64,000 bases of DNA from Acidimicrobiia bacterium. GTDB taxonomy: Bacteria > Actinomycetota > Acidimicrobiia > IMCC26256 > PALSA-610. The notes beneath the pieces were generated by a model. It did not search any database. It saw only the letters and a list, made by a program, of their open reading frames with translations, and had not been told where the DNA came from. The stretch's first letter is position 1, and each line of letters starts with the position of its first letter. The position numbers and the translations under genes are program-made. Shown piece by piece: positions 48,292-61,045 of this stretch. Where the stretch lies: NCBI GenBank assembly GCA_027494135.1, contig JAOSJK010000001.1, positions 163,378-227,377 on the forward strand, in the 5' to 3' direction.

Positions 48292-49823
48292 ATGGCCACG
48301 GAGTTCGATTTCGCTCTCGACCAATCCGTAGTACGGCGGCTGGGTCTCGAACGCGAGGTGGTCGACGCTGCCGCGCGCGACAGGGCGACGGAGCGCCTGC
48401 GCGACCTCGACGTCGTCCTGCCCACCTTCGCCGAGCTACGCGACCCGGCGACGATGTCGGCCCATCGCCGCGCTCCGGCTCGCAGGCATCGACCACGATG
48501 CCCCCCATGCCGCCAACCTCTTGAGGGTCCACTGGCACAACGGCCCGGGCGGTGCCGGCCCGCTCGACGTACCAGAGCACGTCGTCTTGGGTCCCGAGAT
48601 CACCGGCGTCGAGGCCCCCGTGGTCGTGCTGCTCGGCGACCGCTTCCCCATGATCGGTGCGCACAAGGTGCTCGCGGCCTACTCGTGCCTGGTGCCACGC
48701 CTGGTGACCGGCCAGTTCGACCCCACCCGCCACCGGGCCGTATGGCCCTCGACCGGCAACTACGCCCGCGGCGGTGTGGCGATCTCACGCATCATGGGCT
48801 GCCGTGGCGTGGCAGTTCTGCCCGAGGGCATGAGTCGCGAGCGCTTCGAGTGGCTCGAACGCTGGGTGACCGATCCGGCCGACATCATTCGCACGCCCGG
48901 CTCCGAGGCCAACGTGAAGGAGATCTACGACGAGTGCGCCCGCCTCGAAGCGGACCCGGACAATGTCGTCCTCAATCAGTTCTGCGAGTTCGGCAACCAC
49001 CTGGCGCACTACGCGATCACCGGTACCGCTTGTGAGCGTGTCGCCGACCACCTGATCGGGCGCGGAATCGGCGGACGAGTGGCGGCCTTCGTGTCTGCCT
49101 CGGGATCTGCGGGCACCATCGGTGCCGGCGATCGGCTGAAGGAGAGCCACGGCGCACGCATCGTCGGCGTCGAAGCGCTGGAGTGCCCGACGATGCTCGA
49201 GAACGGCTTCGGCGACCACAACATCCAGGGCATCGCCGACAAGCACATCCCGCTGATCCACAACGTGATGAACATGGATCTGGTCACGGCCATCTCCGAT
49301 CGCGCCACCGACGACCTGAATGTGTTGCTCCAGTCGGATGCCGGGCGATCCATGCTGTCGGAGCGCGGCGCTTCCGACGAGGTGATCGCCCACCTCGACG
49401 ACTTCGGGCCGTCGGGCATCTGCAACCTCCTGGCAGCGGCACGCACCGCCCGGTACCTGCGCCTTGGGCCCGAAGACCTGGTGATCACCGTGGCCACCGA
49501 CGCCGCGCCGCTCTACGCGTCCGAGCGAGAACAGACGCTGCAGCAGCGCTTCTCCGACGGGTTCGACGATGCGGCAGCACGCGAGGTGTTCGCCCGCCAC
49601 GTCCTGGGCCTGGGCACCGAGGACCTCATAGAGTGCACCGAGCGTGAGCGACGGAGGATCTTCAACCTCGGCTATTTCACGTGGGTCGAGCAGCAGGGCA
49701 CCCCACTCGACCTCTTCGTTGCCCGACGTGAGCAGGGAGTTCTGGCGCGGCCTGCGGCCGCTCCTAGGCGACTGGGACGAGCTGATCGTCGACATGAACG
49801 CGCGCATCGGCCTCGATCACTGA
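48292..49823 (+). pseudogene. fold-type II PLP-dependent enzyme (cysteine synthase/TrpB-like superfamily, long form), frame broken twice
   Basis: [20 protein letters not shown]... is in the frame of ORF 48196. ...[13 protein letters not shown]...[12 protein letters not shown]... is in ORF 48521..50074. The C-terminal part is [28 protein letters not shown]. Switches are near 48468 and 49735. Confidence 0.7.
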
Positions 49824-49827
49824 GCTC

Positions 49828-51357
<1,530 letters not shown>

Positions 51358-51382
51358 CATTTTGTTGAATCCCCACCACGCT

Positions 51383-53959
51383 GTGGGGGTGCAGCCCACC
51401 ACAGAGTTCGCCTGCAACGGTCGAGCCGTCAAGGTGCGCTCCAACCACCCGCACCTGCTCGCTGCACTGCGCGACGAGCTCGACATCACCTCTCCGAAGG
51501 ACGGCTGCTCACCGGCCGGGCAGTGCGGCTGCTGCACGGTGCTGATCGACGGCAAGGCGCGCGTCGCTTGCCAGACGTCGATCGAGAAGGTCGCCGGGGC
51601 CGAGGTCGTGACGCTCGAAGGCCTCGATCCCGACGAGCGCGCCCTCTTCGCTCGCACCTTCGCCGCCCACGGTGCACTCCAGTGCGGTTTCTGCACGCCA
51701 GGGATCATGATCCGGGCCAGGGCGCTGATCGACGCCGACGGCGCCGACCTCGACCGAGACAAGGCCGCCCGCCATCTCGGCGGGCACCTCTGTCGATGCA
51801 CCGGCTACACGAAGATCCTCGACGCGATAGAGGACATCGCCGCAGGTAAGGTCGTCGAGCCGAAGACAGTGGGCCCCATCGGCACGCGCGGCTCGCGCTA
51901 CCAGGCCATCAACCTCGCGCTCGGTACGAAGGACTACGTCGACGACATACGCATCGAAGGCATCCTTCACGGAGCGCTGCGCCTGACCGACCACGCCCGG
52001 GCCGACGTCGTGCGCATCGACACCACTGCGGCCCTGGCACTCGGCGGCGTGCACGCGGTGTACTGCGCAGCCGACGTGCCCGGCGAGTTGCGCGTCGGGA
52101 TCATCCATCGCGACTGGCCGGTCTTCATCCCCGAGGGTGGTCGCACCTCCTACCTGGGCGACGTGCTCGCGATCGTCGTCGCCGACGATCGCGAGACTGC
52201 GCGGCGCGGCGCCGGCCTGGTCGAGGTCGAGTACCGGCCGCTCCCTCCGGTGACCGACGCAGAGACCGCCCTCGATGCCGACGACGCCGTCTGGGGCATC
52301 GAGGGCAATCTGCTGTCGCGCTCCGCATACACGCGCGGCGACGTGGACGGCGCGCTCGCCGCGTCGGCCCACATCGTCCACGACATCTTCAAGACCCAGC
52401 GGGTCGAGCACGCGTTCCTGGAGCCCGAGTCGACCCTGGCCGTGCCTCGTCCCGACGGGACGCTGAAGGTGTACTCCGGCGGGCAGGGCGTCTGGGACGA
52501 CCGCGACCAGATCGCCTCGATCATCGACGTCCCCAAGTCAACCGTCGAGGTCGAGCAGGTCTCCAACGGCGGGGCGTTCGGCGGCAAGGAAGACATGAGC
52601 AACCAGGGCCAGACCGCCCTGGCCGCTCACCTGCTGGGCAGGCCCGTCAAGTGCACGCTCTCCCGCGAGGAGTCGTTCCTCATGCACGCCAAGCGGCACC
52701 CAATCCGCGTCGAGGTCTGGGCCGGCTGCGACAAGAGAGGCCTCCTCACCGGTCTGCGGGCGCGCCTCCTGGGCGATTCCGGGCCGTACGCCTCGGTCGG
52801 GATGAAGGTGCTGGAGCGGGCTGCGGGCCACATGGGCGGCCCCTACTCCTGGCCCTCGATGGACGTCGAGGCACTGGCCGTTCGCACCAACAACAGCGTC
52901 TGCGGGGCGTTCAGAGGCTTCGGCGCCAATCAGGCGCAGTTCGCCACCGAGGGTGTGATGGACCGGCTCGCCGAGGCGCTGGGCATCAGCGGATGGGAGA
53001 TGCGCGAACGCAACGTGATCGAGCCCGGCGCGCTGTGGGGTCCCGGGCAACCGATGGACGAGGGCTGCCGCGGGGCGCGCGCCTGTCTCGAAGCCGTACG
53101 CGACGCTTACGAGGGCGCCCGCGCCGCGGGCAAAGCTGTGGGCCTGGGACTAGCACTCAAGAACTCGGGGCTGGGCAACGGTTTTCTGGAGACGGCCCGG
53201 GCGGTCGTGCGCTTCGAGCCCGACGGCACCGTCGAGGTGAGGCACTGCTGGACCGAGATGGGCCAGGGTGTGCACACCGTCGCGATACAGGTGGCGGTGG
53301 AGGAGCTCGGCGTGGAAGCCGGCCGGATCAGGGTCGTGGTCGACACGACCCGCGAGCTCGGAGCCGGCCAGACAACCGGTTCGCGCGGGACGCTGATGAG
53401 CGCCGGCGCGATCGCCGCGGCCTGCCGCGAGGCGCGCGCAGACGGCTGCCGCACCGGGGTCGACTACGAGGGCGAGTACCGGGTCGACTGGACCAACGCG
53501 ATGGAGGACGGTGTAGAGGCGCCGATCCTCCACTCGGCTTTCGGATACGCGGCGCAGGTCGTGATCTGCGACGCGACCAGCGGTCGAATCGAGCGGGTCG
53601 TGGCCGCCCACGACGTCGGCCGGGCCGTCAACCCCGACCTCTGCGAGGGCCAGGTGCAGGGCGCCGTGCACATGGGCCTCGGTTACGCGCTGTCCGAGGA
53701 GTTCCCCTGCGACGAGCAGGGCCGTCCCACCAATATGACACTGCGCAGCCTCGGGATCCTGCGGGCCAAGGACATGCCCGAGGTGGACGTGATCCTCGTG
53801 GAGGTTCCCCAACCGAGGGCGCCGTACGGGATCAAGGGTGTGGGCGAGATCGGCCTGGTGCCGACGGCGGGAGCGGTCGCCGCCGCGCTGTGGGCTTTCG
53901 ACGGCCGCTGGCGCACGAAGCTTCCCCTTGCCCCGGTCCGGGCGGTCGCCCGGCCGTGA
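51383..53959 (+). CDS. fused [2Fe-2S] plus molybdopterin-binding hydroxylase (XdhD-like, no FAD domain)
   Basis: GCSPAGQCGCCTVLIDG...QCGFCTPGIMI...CRCTGYTKI, then the Moco domain ...GGAFGGKED...FRGFGANQ...GIKGVGEIG. The GTG start at 51383/51389 was chosen after the upstream stop. Confidence 0.85.
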   Translation: MGVQPTTEFACNGRAVKVRSNHPHLLAALRDELDITSPKDGCSPAGQCGCCTVLIDGKARVACQTSIEKVAGAEVVTLEGLDPDERALFARTFAAHGALQCGFCTPGIMIRARALIDADGADLDRDKAARHLGGHLCRCTGYTKILDAIEDIAAGKVVEPKTVGPIGTRGSRYQAINLALGTKDYVDDIRIEGILHGALRLTDHARADVVRIDTTAALALGGVHAVYCAADVPGELRVGIIHRDWPVFIPEGGRTSYLGDVLAIVVADDRETARRGAGLVEVEYRPLPPVTDAETALDADDAVWGIEGNLLSRSAYTRGDVDGALAASAHIVHDIFKTQRVEHAFLEPESTLAVPRPDGTLKVYSGGQGVWDDRDQIASIIDVPKSTVEVEQVSNGGAFGGKEDMSNQGQTALAAHLLGRPVKCTLSREESFLMHAKRHPIRVEVWAGCDKRGLLTGLRARLLGDSGPYASVGMKVLERAAGHMGGPYSWPSMDVEALAVRTNNSVCGAFRGFGANQAQFATEGVMDRLAEALGISGWEMRERNVIEPGALWGPGQPMDEGCRGARACLEAVRDAYEGARAAGKAVGLGLALKNSGLGNGFLETARAVVRFEPDGTVEVRHCWTEMGQGVHTVAIQVAVEELGVEAGRIRVVVDTTRELGAGQTTGSRGTLMSAGAIAAACREARADGCRTGVDYEGEYRVDWTNAMEDGVEAPILHSAFGYAAQVVICDATSGRIERVVAAHDVGRAVNPDLCEGQVQGAVHMGLGYALSEEFPCDEQGRPTNMTLRSLGILRAKDMPEVDVILVEVPQPRAPYGIKGVGEIGLVPTAGAVAAALWAFDGRWRTKLPLAPVRAVARP

Positions 53960-54976
53960 GCGGTGCGATGACCCCGGGACTGGTGTGCGGTCACCACCAC
54001 CTCTACTCGACGCTGGCGCGCGGCATGCCCGCCCCGTCGCGGACCCCAACCCGGTTCACCGAGATACTCGAGTCGGTGTGGTGGCGCCTCGACGCCGCGC
54101 TCGACCTCGAGATGGTCCGGTGGTCTGCGCTGCTCGGCGCGGTCGAGGCGCTCGAGCGAGGCACCACCGCGATCATCGATCACCACTCCTCGCCCAACGC
54201 CGTCGAAGGCTCTCTGAGTGTCATCGCAGACGCCTGCGCAGAGGTGGGTGTGCGTGCTGTCTGCGCCTACGAGGTCACCGATAGGCACGGACCCGACGGC
54301 GCCCGCCGGGGCCTGGAGGAGAACGCCCGCTACCTGTCGGAGGGCGGGCGGGGTCTGGTCGGCGCGCACGCCTGCCTGACGCTTTCCGACGAGTCGCTCG
54401 ACGCCGTCGCCGGGCTCGCACGCGACCACGGCGTCGGCGTGCACGTTCACGTGGCCGAGGACCGGACCGACGCCGACGCCGGCGCCCGCCTGGAGCCCCA
54501 CGCGACGCCCGACTGGCTCCTCGCCCACGCGGTGCACCTCGACCGTGACCTGCCCGGCACCATCGCCCACAACCCCCGCTCCAACATGAACAACGCGGTC
54601 GGCTACGCGCGACCGGCACGCCGACCTAACCGGGTCGTGCTCGGTACCGACGGCATCGGGGCCGACATGCTCGAGGAGTTCCGCTTCGCATACGCGCGCC
54701 TGCGCGAAGACGACGTGACCGCGACCCCCCGACATCGCGTGGGCCTGGCTCGAGCACGGCCGCGACCTCGTACCCGAGGCCGCCGAGGACGAGGTCGTTT
54801 GGTTGTACGAACCGATGGATCCATGGCACCTCGCGTACACCCCCGGAGTCGGCCCGGTCGAGGTGCGCGTCGACGGTGAGGTCGTGCTCGCGAATGGGCG
54901 CCCGACACGCGTCGACGTGCACGAGATCCGGGCCCGCGCCCGGGAGGAGGCAATCCGCCTGTGGCAACGCCTGTGA
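53956..54976 (+). pseudogene. SsnA-like amidohydrolase (putative aminohydrolase), frame broken once
   Basis: LVCGHHHLYSTLARGMP...HVHVAED...HNPRSNMNNAVG is in the frame of ORF 52651..54879. The C-terminal part, DIAWAWLEHGRDLV...[10 protein letters not shown], is in another frame. The switch is at the C6 run 54725-54730. Confidence 0.75.
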
Positions 54977-55989
54977 ACGAACGAGTCGCCCTCTACCTTC
55001 AAGACGCCCACCCGATTCGCGAGGGGATCCGCTACGCGGCGTACGCAGAGGAACGCGGCTTTGCCGCCGTCTGGCAGGCCGAGAGCCGCCTCGTGCGCGA
55101 GGCGACGGTGCCCATGGCCGCCTACCTCTCCCACACGCAGCGCATCCGTGTCGGCTCGGGCGTGATCAACAACTGGACACGCAACGTCGCGCTCCTCGCC
55201 TCCACCTTTGCGACTCTCGACGACCTCGCGCCCGGTCGGGTCATCCTCGGCATCGGCGCGTGGTGGGACCCGCTGGCCGCCAAGGTTGGCATCGACCGGT
55301 TAAGGCCGCTGCGGGCGATGCGCGAGACCGTGGAAGTCGTTCGGGCGCTGCTCGCCGACGAGACCGTCACCTACCGCGGCGAGTTCGTGAACCTCGACGG
55401 TGTTGAGCTCGACTACGTGCACCAGGAGCGCCGGCCCAAGGACGTCCCCATCTACATCGGAGCCACGGGAATGAAGATGATGGAGCTCACCGGTGAGATC
55501 GCCGACGGCGCGCTGCTCAACTACCTGGTCTCGCCCCGATACAACGAGCAGGCAATGGAGCATCTCGAGAGCGGCGCGCTACGCGCCGGCCGCCACGCCG
55601 AAGACCTCGACCGTCCGCAGCTAGTGGTCTGCTCGCTCGACGACGACCGCGACCGGGCTCTCGACGCGGCACGCTTGCTCGTCACGCAGTACCTAGGCCA
55701 GCAGCCGCACATCATGAAGGCCTCGGGGGTGCCTTCCGCGCTCGTCGAAGAGATCGGATCCGTGCTCACGTGGCCCGCCTCGCACGAGCAGATCGAGGCC
55801 GCAGCACGGCTCGTGCCCGACGAGGTGGTGCAGATGATCACAGCTTCGGGAACACCTGACGAGTGCCGCGCCAAGGTGGACGAGTACCTCGCTGCTGGGG
55901 CGACCTGCGCGGTGCTCTACCCGCTCGGAGACGACGTAGAGGCGATGATCGACGCGTTCGCGACCGCGACGGGCGGGGACGCCGGGTGA
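54973..55989 (+). CDS. LLM-class (luciferase-like) flavin/F420-dependent oxidoreductase
   Basis: ...[16 protein letters not shown]...[13 protein letters not shown]...ILGIGAWW...[24 protein letters not shown]. Confidence 0.8.
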   Translation: MNERVALYLQDAHPIREGIRYAAYAEERGFAAVWQAESRLVREATVPMAAYLSHTQRIRVGSGVINNWTRNVALLASTFATLDDLAPGRVILGIGAWWDPLAAKVGIDRLRPLRAMRETVEVVRALLADETVTYRGEFVNLDGVELDYVHQERRPKDVPIYIGATGMKMMELTGEIADGALLNYLVSPRYNEQAMEHLESGALRAGRHAEDLDRPQLVVCSLDDDRDRALDAARLLVTQYLGQQPHIMKASGVPSALVEEIGSVLTWPASHEQIEAAARLVPDEVVQMITASGTPDECRAKVDEYLAAGATCAVLYPLGDDVEAMIDAFATATGGDAG

Positions 55990-57383
55990 GCGCGCCGGAC
56001 GGCCTCGCCGCGGCGGGCCCGGTCGACCTGCTGGTGCGAAGCGCCGATCTGCTGGTCACGATGGATGACCAACGGCGCGAGATCTCCAGGGGCTGGGTGG
56101 CCGCACACGGCGGCGCGGTCGCCGCGGTTGGCCTTCCGGGTGAAGAGCCCGAGGCGACCCAGGTGATCGATGCGCACGGCTGCCTGGTCACCCCGGGCCT
56201 GATCAACACCCACCACCACATCTACCAGAACCTCACGCGCGCGTTCGCTCCCGCGCTCGACGGCGATCTCTTCCAATGGCTGCAGACGCTGTATCCGATC
56301 TGGACCCGACTCGACGAGGAGGCCGCACATGTGTCGACCTGGATCGGGTGTGTAGAGCTCGCGCTGGGCGGATGCACCACCACCATGGATCACCTTTACG
56401 TGCACCCACGCGGTGCCGGCGACCTGATTACAGCCGAGATCCGCGCGGCCGGCGAGGTGGGCCTGCGATTCCACGCGACACGCGGCTCGATGAGCCTGTC
56501 CGCGAAGGACGGCGGCCTGCCACCCAACTCGGTGGTGCAGGACGACGACGAGATCCTCGCCGACTCGGAGCGACTGGTCGCCATGCACCACGACCGCTCC
56601 CCCGGCGCCATGGTGCAGGTGGCGCTCGCACCCTGCTCGCCGTTCTCCGTCACTCCGCAACTGATGCGAGCGACGGCCGAGTTGGCGGAGCGCCTCGACG
56701 TGCGACTCCACACCCACCTCGCGGAGACCGCCGAGGAGGACGCGTACTGCCTCGAGCACTTCGGACGTAGACCGATCGAGCACTTCGAGGAGTGCGGGTG
56801 GGGTAGCGACCGGGCGTGGGTGGCGCACATGGTGTGCCCCGACGACGGCGAGATCTCGAGGCTCGGTGCATGGGGTACGGGAGTGGCGCACTGTCCCAGC
56901 TCCAACATGCTCATCGGTGCCGGGCTCTCGCCGGTGGGCGAGCTGCGCGCCGCCGGGGTGCCGGTGGGTCTGGGGTGCGACGGCTCGGCCTCGACCGACT
57001 GCGCCTCGCTGTGGATGGAGGCCCGCAACGCACTTCTGGTCGGCCGGCTCCGCAATGGAGCGTCGTCGATGCGGGCCCGTGATGCGCTGGAGATGGCCAC
57101 TCGCGCGGGAGCGACCTGCCTGGGGCGCGACGGTGAGATCGGCGTGCTCGCTCCCGGCGCCTGCGCCGACCTGGTTGTCTGGCCACTCGAGGGCGTCCAG
57201 TTCGCCGGGGCGTTGAGCGACCCGCTCGAGGCGTGGCTGCGCTGCGGACCGGTCGCGGCACGCCACACCGTCGTCAACGGCAGGCTCGTCGTCGCCGACG
57301 GCGAACCGACGCACCCGCACGTGTCCGAGATGCTCGATCGTCACCGGGCGATCGCGACCCGATGGCAACAGGTGGCTTCATGA
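55986..57383 (+). CDS. 8-oxoguanine deaminase-like amidohydrolase (cog0402)
   Basis: [20 protein letters not shown]...LHTHLAET...VAHCPSSNM...[10 protein letters not shown]. Confidence 0.8.
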   Translation: MSAPDGLAAAGPVDLLVRSADLLVTMDDQRREISRGWVAAHGGAVAAVGLPGEEPEATQVIDAHGCLVTPGLINTHHHIYQNLTRAFAPALDGDLFQWLQTLYPIWTRLDEEAAHVSTWIGCVELALGGCTTTMDHLYVHPRGAGDLITAEIRAAGEVGLRFHATRGSMSLSAKDGGLPPNSVVQDDDEILADSERLVAMHHDRSPGAMVQVALAPCSPFSVTPQLMRATAELAERLDVRLHTHLAETAEEDAYCLEHFGRRPIEHFEECGWGSDRAWVAHMVCPDDGEISRLGAWGTGVAHCPSSNMLIGAGLSPVGELRAAGVPVGLGCDGSASTDCASLWMEARNALLVGRLRNGASSMRARDALEMATRAGATCLGRDGEIGVLAPGACADLVVWPLEGVQFAGALSDPLEAWLRCGPVAARHTVVNGRLVVADGEPTHPHVSEMLDRHRAIATRWQQVAS

Positions 57384-58239
57384 GCGTAACGATTCCCGAG
57401 GAGCTCGACGACGTGCTCGACCTGCTCGACGAGCGGCCGGCGACCCAGCTCCTCGCCGGAGGCACCGACTTCATGGTCGAGGTCAACTTCGGCCACCGTC
57501 GCCCGAGCGAGATCTGCGCTCTGCGCCGCGTCGACAAGCTGACGCAACGGCGGCGCGACGGCGACGACCTGGTCCTCGGGGCCATGACGACGTATCGCGA
57601 AATGGAGCACGGCAGTCACGCCGGCGGCGACCTCGACCTCGCAGCTCTCGCTCCGGCGCTGGCCCAGGCCGCGCGCACGGTCGGGTCCCCCAGATCCGCA
57701 ACGTCGGCACCATCGGTGGCAATCTGGGTACTGCCTCGCCCGCAGGCGACACGCTGCCGGTGCTCGCCGCGCTCGACGCCCGGGTCGTCGTCGCATCCAA
57801 GGGAGAGCGACACGAGGTAGCGATCGAAGACTTCTTCACCGGGCCCAAGCGCAGCGCCCTGAGACCGGGCGAACTGATAGCCGAGGTGCGCCTTCCCGTC
57901 CGGCGGGGACCGCAGGAGTTTCTCAAGGTCGGGGCGCGCAACTCCATGGTCATCTCGGTGTGCAGCCTCGCCCTCGTCATCGACCTCGACGGCCGTCGGG
58001 TGAGCTGCGCGCTCGGGTCGGTCGGCCCGACCGTGTTGCGGGCGTCCGCCGCCGAGCAGCGCGCCGAGGCTGAGATCGACTGGCGGACGGGCCGCCTTGG
58101 TGATCCGGACTTCGCCGTCGAGTTCGGTCGCCTCGTGGCCGCCGAGGCGTGCCCGATCGACGACCACCGATCGACCGCCGGGTACCGGCGTCATGCCATC
58201 GGGGTCCTCGCCGAACGAGCTCTGAGGAGGACGTCGTGA
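57380..58239 (+). pseudogene. molybdenum hydroxylase FAD-binding (CoxM/XdhB-like) subunit, frame broken once
   Basis: LLAGGTDFMVEVNFG... is in the frame of ORF 57233..57820. ...IRNVGTIGGNLGTASPAGDTLPVLAALDARVVV... leads into ORF 57760..58239. The switch is at the C5 run 57687-57691. Confidence 0.8.
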
Positions 58240-58751
58240 ACGACGAACCGACAAGTCATGCCGTGACACCCGAGGTCGGCTACGTGCTGCGCGTCAACGG
58301 GCGCGAGCACCGGATCGAGGCCGCATGGTCGGGCGAGAGCCTCCTCTGGGTGCTGCGCGAGCGGCTGGGGCTCTCGGGCTCCAAGAACGCCTGCGAACAG
58401 GGCGAGTGCGGCTCCTGCTCGGTGCTGGTCGACGGCCGGCTCGTCTGCGCGTGCCTCGTCCTGGCGGCATCGGCGGTCGGGGCCGAGATAACCACCGTCG
58501 AGGGCGCCAGTCCACAGGGCGTGCTCACCGACGTGCAGAGCGCGTTTCTCGCCGAGGGTGCGGTGCAGTGCGGGTTCTGCACACCAGGGCTGGTCATGTC
58601 GGTGCACGACCTTCTCAAAGCGAACCCAGAGCCCGACGATCTCGAGGTGCGCGAAGCGATCTCGGGAAACCTCTGCCGGTGCACGGGATACGGGCGCATC
58701 TTCGCCGCCATCGAGAACACGGTCGCAGCGCGTCGCGGGGCTGAGTCGTGA
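58236..58751 (+). CDS. [2Fe-2S] small subunit (CoxS-like)
   Basis: CEQGECGSCSVLVDG...QCGFCTPGLVM...CRCTGYGRI. Confidence 0.9.
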   Translation: MNDEPTSHAVTPEVGYVLRVNGREHRIEAAWSGESLLWVLRERLGLSGSKNACEQGECGSCSVLVDGRLVCACLVLAASAVGAEITTVEGASPQGVLTDVQSAFLAEGAVQCGFCTPGLVMSVHDLLKANPEPDDLEVREAISGNLCRCTGYGRIFAAIENTVAARRGAES

Positions 58752-61045
58752 GCACGCGCGACGGCGGTCTGTCTCTCCTGCGACGAGCGAGCCGCGTCGG
58801 CGAGAACGCGCCCCGACCCGACGGCACCCTCAAGGTGCGCGGTGAGTTCGCGTACTCGTCCGACCTCTATGCCGAGGGCATGCTGTGGGGCGCAACTGTG
58901 CGCTCGACGGAGGTGCATGCCCGCATCTGTTCGGTCGACATCTCGGGCGCCCTCGCCACGCCGGGAGTGCACGTCGTCGTCACCGCCGACGACGTGCCCG
59001 GCTCACCCTACTACGGACTGGACGGGGACGATCAACCCGTCTTCGCGTCTGCAGTGGTGCGCCACCTCGGCGAACCTATCGCCGCCGTCGCCGCCGACCA
59101 TCCGGAGGCGGCCCGTCTGGCGGCGTCGCGCGTGGTCGTCGAGTACGAGCCACTCGCACCGTTGCTGGACCCCGAGCGGGCACTCACCGCCGAGCCGATC
59201 CATCCCAACGGAAACCTGTTCCGCCACCTGCCGATCCGCAAGGGTGACCCGGACGCAACCGGAGACGTCGTCGTCGAGGGGAGCTACGCCACCGGCATGC
59301 AGGACCAGGCCTTTCTCGGCCCCGAGTCAGGGCTCGCGATACCCGACTCCGGCGGCGACGGAGTGGAGCTGTTCATCTCGACACAGTGGCTGCACGTGGA
59401 CCGCGACCAGGTCGCGGCCTGTCTCGGCCTCGAGCCGGAGAGAGTGCGCCTCACGCTGTCGGGCGTAGGTGGCGCCTTCGGCGCCCGCGAAGACATCAGT
59501 CTCCAGGTTCACCTCTGCATGCTGGCGCTGCGTGCCGGTCGTCCGGTGAAGATGGTCTACAACCGCGCCGAGAGCTTCTTCGGTCACGTTCACCGCCACC
59601 CGTCGCGTCTCTGGTACCGCCACCACGCGGACCGCGACGGAACGCTCGTGAAGGTGGAGGCCCGGTTGCTGCTCGACGGCGGCGCGTACCTGTCGTCGTC
59701 GTTCCACGTGCTGGGAAACGCGGCATCGTTCGCGGTCGGCCCCTACCGGGTTCCCAACGTGGTCATCGACTCTTGGAACGTCCGTACCAACAACCCTCCC
59801 TGCGGGGCGATGCGCGGATTCGGCGTCGTGCAGTCGTGCTTCGGCCACGAGGCGCAGATGGACAAGCTCGCTGCGGCGCTCGGCCACGACCCAGTCGAGC
59901 TGCGGTTGCGCAACGCGCTCGGGCACGGCGACACATGCGCGACAGGGCAGCGGATCACCGGCACGTTGCCGATGGCCGAGGTGATCGCCCGCACCGCCGC
60001 GCTGCCGCTGCCGCCCGAGCTCACCGAGCACACGCCGATGCTGGCACTGCCCGGCGGGGCGGGCCGGTGCGCCGACCGGAGCCGGGTTGTGCGCGGCGTC
60101 GGCTTTGCCGCGAGCTACAAGAACCTCATGTACGCCGAGGGCTTCGACGACTTCTCAACGGCCCGCTGCCGCATCGACCACGGCGTCGTCACCGTGCACT
60201 GCGCCTGCGCCGAGGTAGGCCAGGGCTTCGTCACGCTGGTCTGCCAGATCGCCCGCGAGGTCCTGCGCATCGATGACGTCGTGGTAGCGCCGGCCGACAC
60301 CGTCGAGGTGGGCTCTGCCGGGTCTACCTCGGCGAGTCGACAGACGTGGATGTCCGGTGGCGCCGTCGAAGCCGCCTGCATCGCGGCACGCGACCGCGTC
60401 ATCTCCGAGCTGGCCCTTCGGTCTGGCGTCGAGGTCGCGTCGCTTGTACTGGTCGACGACCGCGTCGTGTCGGGCGACGGTCGCGTCGACACGACCATGA
60501 CCGAAGCCGCCGCTGGGCTCGTCGTGGACGAGACCCGCGAGTTCCATCACGCACCCACGCAGCCGCTGGACGAGAACGGGCAGGGTGACGCCCACGTTTC
60601 CTTCTCGGGCACCGCCCACCGCGCCGTCGTCGACGTTGACCTCGACCTCGGTCTGGTGCGGGTAGTTCAGATCGCCACCGCGCAGGACGTGGGACGGGCG
60701 CTCAATCCACTAGCGGTCGGCGGGCAGATCGAGGGCGGCGTGGCCCAGGGTGTCGGGCTTGCGGTGATGGAGGAGATCGTGGTGGACGGCGGGCGGATCC
60801 GAAACGCCTCGTTCACCGACTACCTGATCCCGACCGCGCTCGACATGCCGGAGGTGGTGTGGGACTTGATCGAGGAGCCCGAGCCCGGCGCGCCCTTCGG
60901 CGCCAAGGGCGTGGGCGAGCCCCCGGTGGTGTCGTCGACCCCAGCCGTGGTGGCGGCGATCAGGGCCGCCACCGGCCTCGCTCTCGATCGGGTACCAGTG
61001 CGGCCGCAGGACATCGTGCGGGGTCGCGCTTCGACAGCCACATGA
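58748..61045 (+). CDS. molybdopterin-binding large subunit (CoxL/XdhA-like)
   Basis: 765-aa intact ORF. ...GVGGAFGAREDIS...MRGFGVVQ...FGAKGVGEPP. Confidence 0.9.
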   Translation: MSTRDGGLSLLRRASRVGENAPRPDGTLKVRGEFAYSSDLYAEGMLWGATVRSTEVHARICSVDISGALATPGVHVVVTADDVPGSPYYGLDGDDQPVFASAVVRHLGEPIAAVAADHPEAARLAASRVVVEYEPLAPLLDPERALTAEPIHPNGNLFRHLPIRKGDPDATGDVVVEGSYATGMQDQAFLGPESGLAIPDSGGDGVELFISTQWLHVDRDQVAACLGLEPERVRLTLSGVGGAFGAREDISLQVHLCMLALRAGRPVKMVYNRAESFFGHVHRHPSRLWYRHHADRDGTLVKVEARLLLDGGAYLSSSFHVLGNAASFAVGPYRVPNVVIDSWNVRTNNPPCGAMRGFGVVQSCFGHEAQMDKLAAALGHDPVELRLRNALGHGDTCATGQRITGTLPMAEVIARTAALPLPPELTEHTPMLALPGGAGRCADRSRVVRGVGFAASYKNLMYAEGFDDFSTARCRIDHGVVTVHCACAEVGQGFVTLVCQIAREVLRIDDVVVAPADTVEVGSAGSTSASRQTWMSGGAVEAACIAARDRVISELALRSGVEVASLVLVDDRVVSGDGRVDTTMTEAAAGLVVDETREFHHAPTQPLDENGQGDAHVSFSGTAHRAVVDVDLDLGLVRVVQIATAQDVGRALNPLAVGGQIEGGVAQGVGLAVMEEIVVDGGRIRNASFTDYLIPTALDMPEVVWDLIEEPEPGAPFGAKGVGEPPVVSSTPAVVAAIRAATGLALDRVPVRPQDIVRGRASTAT

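Noticed and set aside
46700-48300. Second copy of the ssrA 3' end marking the far boundary of an ssrA-integrated island
   Set aside because: I found no sequence resembling GGTTCGACTCCCGCCACCTCCA to the right of the IS cluster. No integrase is associated with ssrA here either.
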